NCBI GenBank assembly: GCA_965228475.1
Contig: OZ245817.1
Coordinates: forward strand, 2,848,001 to 2,912,000
DNA length: 64,000 nucleotides
Source: Myxococcota bacterium
Lineage (GTDB): Bacteria > Myxococcota_A > UBA9160 > JAFDDA01
Direction: 5' to 3'
Shown here: positions 49,241-59,194 of the stretch, in pieces
Layout: each line of letters begins with the position of its first letter
How positions within the stretch are numbered: the stretch's first letter is position 1
Translations under genes and position numbers: made by a program
Notes under the pieces: model-generated
What the model was told of the DNA's origin: nothing
The model's input: the letters and a program-made list of their open reading frames with translations, nothing else
The model's database searches: none

Positions 49241-50494
49241 TCAGGCGAGATGCAGCGGCAACCGCGTGATGCCGCCGATGAAGTTGGATTCGAGCCGCTC
49301 GGCCGGCCCCGCGAGCCGGATGGCCGGGAAGCGGCGCAGGAACTCTTCGAGGGTCACGCGCATCTCGAGCCGGGCGATGTGGCTCCCCATGCAGAAGTGC
49401 GTGCCGATGCCGAAGGCCAGGTGCGGGTTCGGGCGCCGCGTGATGTCGAAGGTCTCGGGGCTTTCGAAGACCTCCGGGTCGCGGTTGGCCGCGCCGTAGT
49501 ACATGACGACCTTGTCGCCTTTGCGGATCTTCCGCCCCCCGAGCTCCGTGTCCCGGGTCGCCGTCCGGCGAAACTGCATCACCGGCGAGACCCAGCGCAG
49601 CATCTCCTCGATGGCCTGGGGCAGGAGGGACGGATCCCGGCGCAGGAGCGCCAGCTGCTCGGGATGTTCGCAGAGCGCCTGGATGCCCCCGGAGAGCGCG
49701 TTCCGCGTGGTCTCGTTGCCGGCCACGATCAAGAGGAAGAAGTTCACCTGAAGCATCCGGCGCGTGAGCGGTGCTCCCTGGAACTCCCCGGTGACGAGAC
49801 TCGAGAACGGGTCGTCGAGGGGCCGCTTGCGGCGCTCCCGTTCGAGGAGGGTCGATTGCAGAAAGATCTGGGCCAGCGCGAAGCGCACGCGCAGCCGGTT
49901 CCAGAGCCCGGGCTCGCCGAAGCGCATCGTCTGGTTCGTCCAGCGATAGAAGCGGGCCGTGTACTCGTCGGGTACGCCGAGGAAGTTCGTGAGGATCCGC
50001 AGCGAGATCGGCGCGGAGACGGCGTCCACGAAGTCGCACTCGGTCCGGCCCTCGAGGCGGTCGAGGGTCTCGCACACGACCTTCCGCATGTGGGCTTCGG
50101 TCTCGCGCACGACGGCCGGCTTGAACTTCACGTTCATGAGGTTCCGCAGCTCGGTGTGGCCGGGCGGGTCCATCTGGATGAGCTGGTCGTAGGCCAGCTC
50201 GCGCAGCCGCGGCGGCAGGTCGTTCAGCGCGGAGGTTCCGACCTCGGAGGAGAAGAGCTCCGGGTCTTTCGAGACCTGCACGACGTCCTCGTAGCGCGTG
50301 AGCGCCCAGTAGCCCGGCCAGGGAAGGAAGCCGAAGAGCTCGCGCTCCGGCTGCCAGTGAACCGGGTCTTCTTCCCGCAGGACGCGGTAGTACTCGTGGG
50401 GGATGCCGTCGAGGAAGGTCCGCGGGTCCGAGAGGTCGACGTCGCCGGGGCGGAGTCCGGTCACGAGCGGCTGCTTCAGGGCCGGGGCGCTCAT
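49241..50494 (-). CDS. Cytochrome P450 (CYP124/125-like)
   Basis: MDPPGH, AGNETTRN, EEMLR, ANRD, FGIGTHFCMG. Confidence 0.93.
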   Translation of the reverse strand: MSAPALKQPLVTGLRPGDVDLSDPRTFLDGIPHEYYRVLREEDPVHWQPERELFGFLPWPGYWALTRYEDVVQVSKDPELFSSEVGTSALNDLPPRLRELAYDQLIQMDPPGHTELRNLMNVKFKPAVVRETEAHMRKVVCETLDRLEGRTECDFVDAVSAPISLRILTNFLGVPDEYTARFYRWTNQTMRFGEPGLWNRLRVRFALAQIFLQSTLLERERRKRPLDDPFSSLVTGEFQGAPLTRRMLQVNFFLLIVAGNETTRNALSGGIQALCEHPEQLALLRRDPSLLPQAIEEMLRWVSPVMQFRRTATRDTELGGRKIRKGDKVVMYYGAANRDPEVFESPETFDITRRPNPHLAFGIGTHFCMGSHIARLEMRVTLEEFLRRFPAIRLAGPAERLESNFIGGITRLPLHLA

Positions 50495-51222
50495 CGGTCC
50501 GAATCGATCCAGGCGACGGGCTGCTTGAGCTCTTCGGGGGCGTTCCGCTCGCGATAGCGCGCGGCGGCAGCCAACGACCGGGCGATGATCGCGCGGGCCT
50601 CCTCGGGCTCACCGTTCTCGATGGCGCTGACGACTCTCGCGTAGCTGCGAACGGCCGATGCGCGCTCCCGCTCTCCCCAATCGCCGCTGCCCTCGGACAT
50701 CCGGTGCAGGGCGTCCACCAGCACCGCGAGCACCGGGTTCGCCGAAGCGGTGCCGAGCAGGCTCATGAAGCGGCGGGCTTCTTCGATGAAGAACTCGGGG
50801 TCTGCGGCGCCCTCGCGCAGGCGTGAGACGCTCTCCTTCAAGGCGGCGACGTCTTCGGCGCTCGCGCGCTCCGCCGCCTCGGCCGCCAGGACGGGGTAGA
50901 TGGAACGGCGTGCGTCCACGACGGAACGGAAGGTCGCGCCCGCGAACTGAAGGTGGAGTGAGAGCACGCTCGCCAGGTGGTCGGCACCCGGGACGCTCAC
51001 GACGGGGCCGCCCCCCGGTCCGGCCTTGATGCGGAGCGCGCCCTGGAGCTCCAGGAAGCGAAGCGCTTCGCGAACGGTGGCCCGCGCGACACCGAGGCCC
51101 TCGACCATGCGGTGCTCGGAGGCGAGCTTCGTGCCCGGCCGCAGGCGCCGCCGCCGGATCTCTCCGACGAGCTTGCGCGCAACGCGGATGGCCGCGCGTT
51201 CCTGGGTCGCCTTCGAGCGCAT
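50491..51222 (-). CDS. GntR/FadR family regulator (FCD domain)
   Basis: LASEHRM..GVARATVREALRFLE..G.GGGPVV; SANPVL. Confidence 0.9.
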   Translation of the reverse strand: MRSKATQERAAIRVARKLVGEIRRRRLRPGTKLASEHRMVEGLGVARATVREALRFLELQGALRIKAGPGGGPVVSVPGADHLASVLSLHLQFAGATFRSVVDARRSIYPVLAAEAAERASAEDVAALKESVSRLREGAADPEFFIEEARRFMSLLGTASANPVLAVLVDALHRMSEGSGDWGERERASAVRSYARVVSAIENGEPEEARAIIARSLAAAARYRERNAPEELKQPVAWIDSDR

Positions 51223-51261
51223 GCGATCGGCGCCTCCGAGAGCTCCGGTTGACCGAGGCTT

Positions 51262-51276
51262 AACTAGTATCATAGT
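51262..51276. promoter_or_regulatory. Putative FadR-family operator, copy 1
   Basis: AACTAGTATCATAGT between divergent regulator and acyl-CoA dehydrogenase; overlaps TTGACC-18 nt-TAGTAT. Confidence 0.65.
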
Positions 51277-51311
51277 ATCGCTCGGCCAGGAACCCCACCC
51301 CGCGAGGGCCC

Positions 51312-53477
51312 ATGTCGATCGCACTGACCGAAGAGCACCGGGAGCTCGCCCGCGTGGCGCGCTCGTTCCTCGAGGCCCACGCCGCCCGGGCCGCCTCGCG
51401 AGCCCAGCTCGAGGCCCCGAGCGATCGCCTGCCCGAGTTCTGGAAGGAGATGGCGGAACTCGGCTGGATGGGCCTGCACGTGGACGAGGCCTTCGGCGGC
51501 CAGGGTTTCGGCATCGCGGAGCTCTCGATCGTTCTGGAGGCGCTCGGTCACGCGGCGGCGCCCGGGCCCTTCCTGCCGACCGCCCTCGCCGCGGCGCTCG
51601 TCGCCGAGGCCGGCAGCGACGCCGCGCGCCGCGCGACGCTCCCGGCCCTCGCGGACGGCTCGCTGGTCGGGGGCGTCGGCCTCGGCGGCGATCTCGCCCT
51701 CGGTGGCGACGGCGGGCTCTCGGGCTCGGCCGGGCTCGTGCTCGGCGCCGAGATCGCGGGCCTCCTCGTCGTCTGCGTAGGCGACGACGTCGCCCTGCTC
51801 GCCCCCGACCTGCCCGGCGTGAGCATCGCGCCCCGCAAGAACATCGATCCGACCCGCCGGGTGGCCGCGGTCACGTGCGAGGGCGTAGAGGTCGCCCCCG
51901 AGAACCTCCTCCTCCGCGGGGCCCGCCCTGCCCTCGAACGTCTGGCCCGCACCCTCGCCGCCGCCGAGGCCGCGGGCGGTGCGCGCGCCTGCACCGAGAT
52001 GGCGACGGCGTACGCGAAGGAGCGCCGCCAGTTCGGCCGCCCGATCGGCACCTTCGGCCCGGTCAAGCACCACTGCGCGAACATGCTCGTGGCCACCGAG
52101 CAGGCGACCGCCGGCGCCTGGGGCGCGGCGCGCGGGGACCTCGACGACGCCCAGGCCGAACTCGCCGCAGCCGTCGCCTGCGCCCTCGCCCTGCCCGCCT
52201 TCGCCTTCTGTGCCGAGCGCAACGTCCAGGTGCACGCCGGCATCGGCTACACCTGGGAGCACGACGCCCACCTCTACGTTCGGCGCGCCCTCGCGCTCGA
52301 CGCCCTCTTCGGCCCCGTCGACGCGGCGCGCGAGGACGTCGCGCGGCAGATGGCCGCCGGCGCACGGACCAAGGCGACGATCGAACTCCCGGCCGAAGCC
52401 GAGACCCACCGCGCGGAGGTCCGCGACTTCGTCGAGCAGTACCGCTCGCTCCCGAAAGAGCAGACGCGGCAGGCGCTCTGCGACAGCGGCTACCTCGTGC
52501 CCCACTGGCCGAAGCCCTGGGGGCGCAATGCGGGCCCCGTCGAGCAGCTCGTGATCGAGGAGGAGTTCGAAGGGATCCGCCGCCCGGACCTCTCGGTGAG
52601 CGCCTGGAACACGCTGACCATCGCCCAGCACGGCAACCCCGATCAGCTCGAACGCTTCGTACGGCCGAGCCTCGAGGGCGCGATCGAGTTCTGCCAGCTC
52701 TTCAGCGAGCCGGCCGCGGGCTCGGACGCGGCCGCGGTGCAGACCCGCGGCGTGAAGGTCGAGGGCGGCTGGCGCGTCTCGGGCCAGAAGGTCTGGACGA
52801 GTCTCGCCCACCGCTGCACCCACGGATTCGCCACGGTGCGGACCGACCCGGACGCTCCGAAGCACCAGGGCATCACCATGATGGTGATCGATCTGCGCGC
52901 CGAGGGCGTCGACGTGCGCCCCCTGCGCCAGCTGACCGGACACTCGCACTTCAACGAGGTCTTCCTCGACGACGTCTTCGTCCCGGACGCCGACGTCGTC
53001 GGCCCCGTCGACCAGGGCTGGACGGTCGCCCGCAGCACGCTCGGTAACGAACGGATCTCCCTCGGTGGTGGCACGGAGGGCGGCATGGAGGGCGGTCCCG
53101 ACCTCCTCGCGCTGCTCGAGCAGCACGCCGCCGGAGACCGGGGCCTCGCCCGTGAGGTCGGCACCGCCCTGGCCGAGACGCAATCGATCGTGCTGATGAA
53201 CCTGCGCGGCGTGATCCGTGCCGTGGAAGGCTCGGAGCCCGGCGCCGAAGCCAACGTCACGAAGCTCCTGGGCTCGGAGCTCGCCCAGCGCAAGGCCGAG
53301 CTCATGGTGAAGCTCGTCGGCCCGGGCGCCGCCGTGCGCGACGGCGAGGACCGGCGGGTGGCCACCTGGCGGATGGCGACCCTCGGCGCCACGATCGGCG
53401 GCGGCACGTCGGAGATCCTGCGCAACCAGATCGCCGAGCGGCTGCTCGGCCTTCCGCGCGACCCCCTGATCCAGTAG
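51312..53477 (+). CDS. Double-domain (fused) acyl-CoA dehydrogenase, FadE34/FadE22-like
   Basis: 721 aa; first module RRQFGRPIG..VKH, GIGYTWEHD; second module FCQLFSEPAAGSD, GQKVWTS, FNEVF, TIGGGTSEILRN. Confidence 0.9.
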   Translation: MSIALTEEHRELARVARSFLEAHAARAASRAQLEAPSDRLPEFWKEMAELGWMGLHVDEAFGGQGFGIAELSIVLEALGHAAAPGPFLPTALAAALVAEAGSDAARRATLPALADGSLVGGVGLGGDLALGGDGGLSGSAGLVLGAEIAGLLVVCVGDDVALLAPDLPGVSIAPRKNIDPTRRVAAVTCEGVEVAPENLLLRGARPALERLARTLAAAEAAGGARACTEMATAYAKERRQFGRPIGTFGPVKHHCANMLVATEQATAGAWGAARGDLDDAQAELAAAVACALALPAFAFCAERNVQVHAGIGYTWEHDAHLYVRRALALDALFGPVDAAREDVARQMAAGARTKATIELPAEAETHRAEVRDFVEQYRSLPKEQTRQALCDSGYLVPHWPKPWGRNAGPVEQLVIEEEFEGIRRPDLSVSAWNTLTIAQHGNPDQLERFVRPSLEGAIEFCQLFSEPAAGSDAAAVQTRGVKVEGGWRVSGQKVWTSLAHRCTHGFATVRTDPDAPKHQGITMMVIDLRAEGVDVRPLRQLTGHSHFNEVFLDDVFVPDADVVGPVDQGWTVARSTLGNERISLGGGTEGGMEGGPDLLALLEQHAAGDRGLAREVGTALAETQSIVLMNLRGVIRAVEGSEPGAEANVTKLLGSELAQRKAELMVKLVGPGAAVRDGEDRRVATWRMATLGATIGGGTSEILRNQIAERLLGLPRDPLIQ

Positions 53478-53485
53478 GCCGGGGG

Positions 53486-54382
53486 TCAGCGCTCCTCTCG
53501 CGCCTTCCGCACCGCTTCGCTTCGGCCCTCGGGCTCGTCCACCCGCGCGTAGCCCTCACCGAAGGGTTCGTCGCGCCGGCGCAGGGTTTCTCGCAGACCG
53601 TGGTCGCGCACGTCGCGACCGTACTGCCGAACGGCCGGCGCGCGGTGGGCGCGCGCGTCGTTCTCGCCCGCCAGGCGCTGGAGGGTCTGGGCTCCCATCA
53701 GCTCGAGCGCGAGGTTCGTGATGCGCTTGTTCGCCGAGAGCAGATCCGGGTCGATCAGCGCGAAGCGATCGGCCAGCCCCTCGACCTCGTCCTCCAGGGC
53801 TTCGGCGGGGACGGCCTTCAGCGCGAGGCCGATCTTGGCGGCGTCGGCGCCGGTGACGGAGTCCCCCGTCAGCTGCAGGCGCTTCGCCCACTGCGGTCCG
53901 CAGTGGTACATCCAGAGATTGTTCGGCAGGGCGCCCATCGCGCGCGCGGCCGGAAAACCGATGCGCGCATCCTCCGCAACGACCACCAGGTCGCAGGCCA
54001 TGGCCAGGTCGGTCCCACCCGCGAGGCAGTTCCCGTGGACCTGGGCGATCACGGGCTTGTGGATCTCCCACAGGGCACGGATGCGGCGGTTGTTCTGCTC
54101 GATCAGCCAGGCGTCGTCGTCGTGGGTCCGGCCGGTGCGATGCCCGTCGCGGGGTTTCTCGGTGAGCGCGGTGAGGTCGTAGCCCGAACAGAACGAAGGG
54201 CCCTGCCCTCTCAGGATCACGCCGTGCACCGCGAGATCCGAGTCCGCTTCCCAGAGTGCGTGTTCGAGCTCCTCGAGCAGCCGGGGGGTCATCGCATTGT
54301 GTTTGTCGGGCCGCGCAAGCGTGATGCGCGCCCGGCCCTCTCCCACCTCGTAGTGGATCTCGCGGTAGTCGCCGGTCTCCAT
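53486..54382 (-). CDS. Crotonase/enoyl-CoA hydratase family
   Basis: FCSGYDL, KPVIAQVHG.CLAGG. Confidence 0.9.
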   Translation of the reverse strand: METGDYREIHYEVGEGRARITLARPDKHNAMTPRLLEELEHALWEADSDLAVHGVILRGQGPSFCSGYDLTALTEKPRDGHRTGRTHDDDAWLIEQNNRRIRALWEIHKPVIAQVHGNCLAGGTDLAMACDLVVVAEDARIGFPAARAMGALPNNLWMYHCGPQWAKRLQLTGDSVTGADAAKIGLALKAVPAEALEDEVEGLADRFALIDPDLLSANKRITNLALELMGAQTLQRLAGENDARAHRAPAVRQYGRDVRDHGLRETLRRRDEPFGEGYARVDEPEGRSEAVRKAREER

Positions 54383-54396
54383 GGATCGTCCGTCCC

Positions 54397-55191
54397 CTAG
54401 CGCCCGGTGAACTCGGGCTTGCGTTTCTCGAAGATGGCCTTCACGGCCTCGCGGCCGTCCTCGCTGCGCAGGGCCTGCCTCGCGAGGTCGAGCTCCATCC
54501 GCAGGTGATCTTCCAGGTCCTCGATCAAGCCGGCCCGCGCCACCAGACGCTTGGTCTGCCGGGCGGCGAGCGGCGCGACCTCGGCGAGCCTGCCGCAGTA
54601 GGCACGAAACGCGTCCGCGAACCGGCTCTCGGGCACGACTTCACCCACCAGTCCGAGCGCGAGGGCCGTCTCCGCGTCGTTCATCCTGGGCTCGAGGAGA
54701 AAGCGCATCGCGCGCTCGCGCCCGATCGCCTCGGGAAGCGTGAAGGAGAGCCCGCAATCCGGGGAAGCGCCGGCGCGCGCGTAGCCCGGATGGAAGCGTG
54801 CAGCCGCGCTGGCGATCCGCATGTCCGCGCACATCGCGAGGGAGAGACCCGCGCCGATCGCGATGCCGTTGACGCCGGCGACGACGGGCTTCTCGCAGTC
54901 GATGCGCAGGCCCCGCACGAGGCGGACGACCTGCTCGGTTCCGTCCCGGTCCGACGAGGCGTCGGGCGCCGGTTGCGGCGAGAGATCCGCCCCGGAACAG
55001 AAGGCATCACCGGCACCGGTGAGGCCGACGACACGGACCGCGGCGTCCTCGGCGGCCGCCACGATGCCTTCGACGATCGCATCGATGAGCTCGGCCGAGA
55101 GCGCGTTCTTCCTCGCGGGCCGGTTCATCGTCAGGATCCGCACGTGCCCGAGGTTCTCTTCGAGCAGCACCGCTTCCGTGGAATCGCTCAT
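54397..55191 (-). CDS. Enoyl-CoA hydratase/isomerase
   Basis: MNRP..KNAL, FCSGADL, KPVVAGVNG, PDCG. Confidence 0.9.
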   Translation of the reverse strand: MSDSTEAVLLEENLGHVRILTMNRPARKNALSAELIDAIVEGIVAAAEDAAVRVVGLTGAGDAFCSGADLSPQPAPDASSDRDGTEQVVRLVRGLRIDCEKPVVAGVNGIAIGAGLSLAMCADMRIASAAARFHPGYARAGASPDCGLSFTLPEAIGRERAMRFLLEPRMNDAETALALGLVGEVVPESRFADAFRAYCGRLAEVAPLAARQTKRLVARAGLIEDLEDHLRMELDLARQALRSEDGREAVKAIFEKRKPEFTGR

Positions 55192-56240
55192 GCACCCTCC
55201 CGATCGCGACACCCCGTGAGTTCCGACATCAGCTCCATCGCCTCGGGCTGGAGGTTCGCGAGGATCAAGCCCGTCGCACCGGAGCGCTCCCACTCCGGGT
55301 AGCGCTCGCGGATGCGCTGGACGGGGCCCACCAGGGACGACTCGTCGCAGTACTCGTCGGGGACGGCATCGATGGCCTCGCGCTTGCGTCCGGCGAGGTA
55401 GAGCTCCTGGATCTTCGCTGCCGCTTCCGGGTAGCCCCGGCGAACCATCATGTCGTTGTGGAAGTTCTTGTCGCGGTGCCCCATGCCACCGACGTAGAGC
55501 GCAATGCCCGGCTTCATGCGCGCGAGGCTGCCCCGGACGTCGTCCGTGACGCGGACGGAGACCATGGGTTGGATCTCGAAGTCCGGGAAGCCCTTCCCCG
55601 TACCCGCACGCCGGAAGCCCGCCTCGAGCCACGGACGGTAGAGCTCCATCATGCCGGGCACGAAGGCGAGCGGAAACCAGCCGTCGGCGATCTCGGCCGT
55701 GAGCCGCACGTTGCTCTCGCTCCCGGTGCCGAGCCAGATCGGGATGTCCGGGTTCATGTGGAGGATCGACTTCAGCGGCTTGCCGATCCCCAGGGAACCC
55801 TCGCCGGTGTAGGGCAGTGAGATCTCCCTGCCCTCGTGGGACACCGGCTCCTCTCGCTCGAAGATCTTGCGCATGATCGAGACGTAGTCGCGGATGCGCC
55901 AGTACGGCCGCCCCCAGGGCTGCCCGTACCAGCCTTCGACGATCTGTGGCCCGCTCACGCCGAGCCCGGCGATGAAGCGGTTGCCGCCGGCGAGCGCGTC
56001 GATGGTCGCCGCCTGCATCGCCGCCATGGCCGGCGTGCGCCCGGCCAGCTGCATGATCGCCGTGCCGAGCCGGATGCGCTCCGTCACCGCGGCCAGATAC
56101 GCGAGCGGCGAGGTGGCATCGGAGCCGTACGCCTCGGCCGTCCAGACCGAATCGAACCCGAGCGCCTCGGCGCGCATCACGAGCTCGACCGGGAGCGCCA
56201 GCTCGGCCCCCGAGTACCCGAGCATCAGACCGAGCTTCAC
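55188..56240 (-). CDS. LLM-class (probably F420-dependent) oxidoreductase
   Basis: WTAEAYGSDA, RTPAM.AM, GLGVSGPQIVEGWYG, YVGGMG...NFH. Confidence 0.88.
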   Translation of the reverse strand: MKLGLMLGYSGAELALPVELVMRAEALGFDSVWTAEAYGSDATSPLAYLAAVTERIRLGTAIMQLAGRTPAMAAMQAATIDALAGGNRFIAGLGVSGPQIVEGWYGQPWGRPYWRIRDYVSIMRKIFEREEPVSHEGREISLPYTGEGSLGIGKPLKSILHMNPDIPIWLGTGSESNVRLTAEIADGWFPLAFVPGMMELYRPWLEAGFRRAGTGKGFPDFEIQPMVSVRVTDDVRGSLARMKPGIALYVGGMGHRDKNFHNDMMVRRGYPEAAAKIQELYLAGRKREAIDAVPDEYCDESSLVGPVQRIRERYPEWERSGATGLILANLQPEAMELMSELTGCRDREGA

Positions 56241-57505
56241 GGCCGCGCCTCGCCGCTCACCCGATAGCGCAGCGGCAGCTTCTTCAAACCCACTACGAAG
56301 CTCGAATGGATCCGCTCCGGCTCACCGGCCAGTTCGACCGAATCGAGGCGCCGCACCAGCTCGGCGAGAAGCGCCCGCTGGGAGCGGCGCGCCAGGTGGG
56401 CACCCAGACAGAAGTGCTGACCGATCCCGAACGCCAGGTGCGGGTTCGGGTGACGATCGACGCGGAAGCTCGAGGGATCCTCGAAGACGGCCTCGTCGCG
56501 GTTCGCCGAACCGTAGAAGAGCACGAGGTTGTCCCCCTTGCGAAGCTTCTGGCCGCGGAAGTCGGCGTCGTGGCCGACGACACGCTTCATGTAGTTCACC
56601 GGCGAGACGTAGCGCAGGATCTCCTCGACTGCGCTCGGAACCAGTTCCGGGCGTCGCTTCAGCTTCTCGAACTCCTCGGGATGCTCGGCCAGGGCGTGGA
56701 GCCCACCGACCAGCGCGTTCTTCGTCGTGTCGTGGCCCGCCGTGAAGACGATCAAGAAGTAGCCGAGGGTTTCGAGCGGTGGCATCGGCTCGCCGTTCAC
56801 ACGGCCGTTCGCGAGCACGGTCGCCAGATCGTCGCGTGGGTTCGCCCGTCGGTCCGCGATGATTTCGTTGAAGAGCTTCAGGAAGTCGACGGCAAGGCCC
56901 TTCGCCGCGGCCAGGCGATCCTCCCCCTCGCGCTGGAGATCCGGATCGTCCGAGGCGAAGAGCTGATTGGTCAGTTCGAGAAGCTCGGGCTCCCGCTCCC
57001 GCGGCAGACCGAGGATCGTCGAGAGGATACGCAGCGGGTGCTGCGCCGCGATCTCGTTCGCGAACTCGCACTCCCCCTCCCCTCCAGCCGCGCGCTCGAC
57101 CAGCCGGTCCACGAGCCCGCGGGCGCTCTCCTTCGCGATCGGATCCACGCGCTCGATGGCCCGGGGCGTGAACCAGGACGAGGCGACCTTCCGGTAGTCG
57201 CGGTGCTCGGGCGGGTCCATGACGAGAATCGCGCGCAGGTTCCCGAGCCCGGACTCGGCCTCGAGAATCGTCCGCTGCTGTCTGCTCTCGAGCACGATGC
57301 CCTTGCGGTTCCAGAAGAGGTCCGGCCGCTTCGAGATCTCGCAAATGTCACGGTGGCGTACCACGGCGTGAAAAGCGTCGTAGCCCTCGGGCTCGAAGCG
57401 TTGCAAGCGATCACGCTGGCGAAGCCGCGCCCAGGCGCCGTGAGGAGTCCCCCGCGCGGCGTAGGCGCGCGGCGCGATGAGGTCCCGGCCATCGATCTCG
57501 GTCAC
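56237..57505 (-). CDS. Cytochrome P450
   Basis: MDPPEH, AGHDTT, EEILR, SANRD, FGIGQHFCLG. Confidence 0.93.
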   Translation of the reverse strand: MTEIDGRDLIAPRAYAARGTPHGAWARLRQRDRLQRFEPEGYDAFHAVVRHRDICEISKRPDLFWNRKGIVLESRQQRTILEAESGLGNLRAILVMDPPEHRDYRKVASSWFTPRAIERVDPIAKESARGLVDRLVERAAGGEGECEFANEIAAQHPLRILSTILGLPREREPELLELTNQLFASDDPDLQREGEDRLAAAKGLAVDFLKLFNEIIADRRANPRDDLATVLANGRVNGEPMPPLETLGYFLIVFTAGHDTTKNALVGGLHALAEHPEEFEKLKRRPELVPSAVEEILRYVSPVNYMKRVVGHDADFRGQKLRKGDNLVLFYGSANRDEAVFEDPSSFRVDRHPNPHLAFGIGQHFCLGAHLARRSQRALLAELVRRLDSVELAGEPERIHSSFVVGLKKLPLRYRVSGEARP

Positions 57506-57557
57506 GTGGACTCCGCTCGTTCGGGGCGGTGCTTTCTTCTTCCCAGCCCGCGAAGGA

Positions 57558-57572
57558 AACTAGTATCATGGT
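57558..57572. promoter_or_regulatory. Putative FadR-family operator, copy 2
   Basis: AACTAGTATCATGGT between divergent P450 and acyl-CoA synthetase; 14/15 identical to copy 1. Confidence 0.65.
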
Positions 57573-57608
57573 TTTCGGGATCCGCAAAGCAGGTCCCAGG
57601 AGGGCCGC

Positions 57609-59177
57609 TTGTACCCCGGACAGCACGCGAAGACCCATCCGGACAAGCCGGCCGCCATCCACGGGCGCAGCGGAGAGGTGCTGACCTACGGCGAGCTCGA
57701 CGCCCGCTCGAACCGCCTGGCCCAGCTCTTCTGGGCCGAAGGTCTGCGCCGCGGCGACCACGTGGCGGTCTTCCTCGAGAATCACCTCCGCTACTTCGAG
57801 GTGTTCTGGGCCACCTTCCGTTCGGGCCTCTACCTCACCACCGTCAACCGCTACCTGACCGGGCCCGAGGCGGCGTACATCGTGGACGATTGCGAGGCGC
57901 GGGTGCTGATCTCCTCGCGGGCGCTCCACGACGTGTCGGCCGAGATCCCCGCTGCGGCACCACGCTGCCGGCGCTTCCTCGTCGTCGACGGACTACCCGA
58001 CGGCGCCTCGGGCCCCTTCGAACCCTACGAGGACGCGATCGAAGCGCATCCCGCGGACCCGCTCGCCGAAGAGCCGCTCGGCGAGTTCATGCTCTACAGC
58101 TCGGGCACCACGGGTCGGCCCAAGGGAATCACGCGCCCCCTACCGGAGCGGTCGGTCTCGAAAGGCCTGGCGATGAACGCCGTGCTGAAGGGCCTCTTCC
58201 ACGTCGACGCGAGTGCGGTCTACCTCTCGCCCGCGCCGATGTACCACTCCGCACCGATCGGGTTCTCGTCGGCGACGCAGTCCCTCGGCGGCACGGTGGT
58301 CATGATGGATCGCTTCGATCCCCTTCGCGCGCTCGAAGCCATGGAGAGGTACGCCATCACCCACAGCCAGTGGGTTCCGACGATGTTCTCGCGCATGCTG
58401 AAGCTCCCCGAGGAGGAGCGCGCCCGCTTCGACCTCTCGGCGCACCGCGTTGCGATCCACGCTGCGGCCCCCTGCCCTCGCAAGGTGAAGGAGCAGATGT
58501 TCGCCTGGTGGGGGCCGATCCTGCACGAGTACTACGGCGGCACCGAGCTGAACGGCCTGACCTACGTGGGCCCCGAGGACTGGCTCGCCCACCCGGGCAC
58601 CGTCGGCCGGGCCGTCATGGGGACGCTCCGCATCTGCGACGAGAGCGGCGAGGAGCAGCCGGCCGGAGAGCCGGGCATCGTCTACTTCGAACGGGACAAG
58701 CCGCCCTTCCGCTATCACAACGATTCGGAGAAGACGCGCAGCGCGCAGCACCCGAAGCACCCGGGCTGGACCGCCCTCGGCGACGTCGGCTACGTCGACG
58801 AGGAGGGTTTCCTCTACCTCACCGACCGCGCGACCTTCATGATCATCTCCGGCGGCGTCAACATCTACCCGCAGGAGATCGAGAACGAGCTGATCCTGCA
58901 TCCGAAGGTCGAAGACGTCGCGGTGATCGGCGTTCCGCACGAGGAGTTCGGGGAGGAAGTGAAGGCCGTCGTGCAGCCCGTGGCCGGCGTCGAGGGCGAC
59001 GAGGCCCTGGCCGAGGAGCTCCTCGCCTTCGCGCGCAAGCACCTCGCGGCCTACAAGTGCCCCCGCTCCATCGACTTCGAGCGCGAGCTTCCACGCCTTC
59101 CCACCGGAAAGCTCTACAAACGCCTGCTCAAGGACCGCTACTGGGGGCGTGGCGAGTCGAAGATCGTGCAAGAATGA
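57609..59177 (+). CDS. Acyl-CoA synthetase (FadD4-like)
   Basis: YSSGTTGRPKG, YYGGTE, GDVGY, SGGVNIYPQE, TGKLYK; TTG start with GGAGG RBS. Confidence 0.93.
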   Translation: MYPGQHAKTHPDKPAAIHGRSGEVLTYGELDARSNRLAQLFWAEGLRRGDHVAVFLENHLRYFEVFWATFRSGLYLTTVNRYLTGPEAAYIVDDCEARVLISSRALHDVSAEIPAAAPRCRRFLVVDGLPDGASGPFEPYEDAIEAHPADPLAEEPLGEFMLYSSGTTGRPKGITRPLPERSVSKGLAMNAVLKGLFHVDASAVYLSPAPMYHSAPIGFSSATQSLGGTVVMMDRFDPLRALEAMERYAITHSQWVPTMFSRMLKLPEEERARFDLSAHRVAIHAAAPCPRKVKEQMFAWWGPILHEYYGGTELNGLTYVGPEDWLAHPGTVGRAVMGTLRICDESGEEQPAGEPGIVYFERDKPPFRYHNDSEKTRSAQHPKHPGWTALGDVGYVDEEGFLYLTDRATFMIISGGVNIYPQEIENELILHPKVEDVAVIGVPHEEFGEEVKAVVQPVAGVEGDEALAEELLAFARKHLAAYKCPRSIDFERELPRLPTGKLYKRLLKDRYWGRGESKIVQE

Positions 59178-59194
59178 ACGCGCAAGCCGCGATG

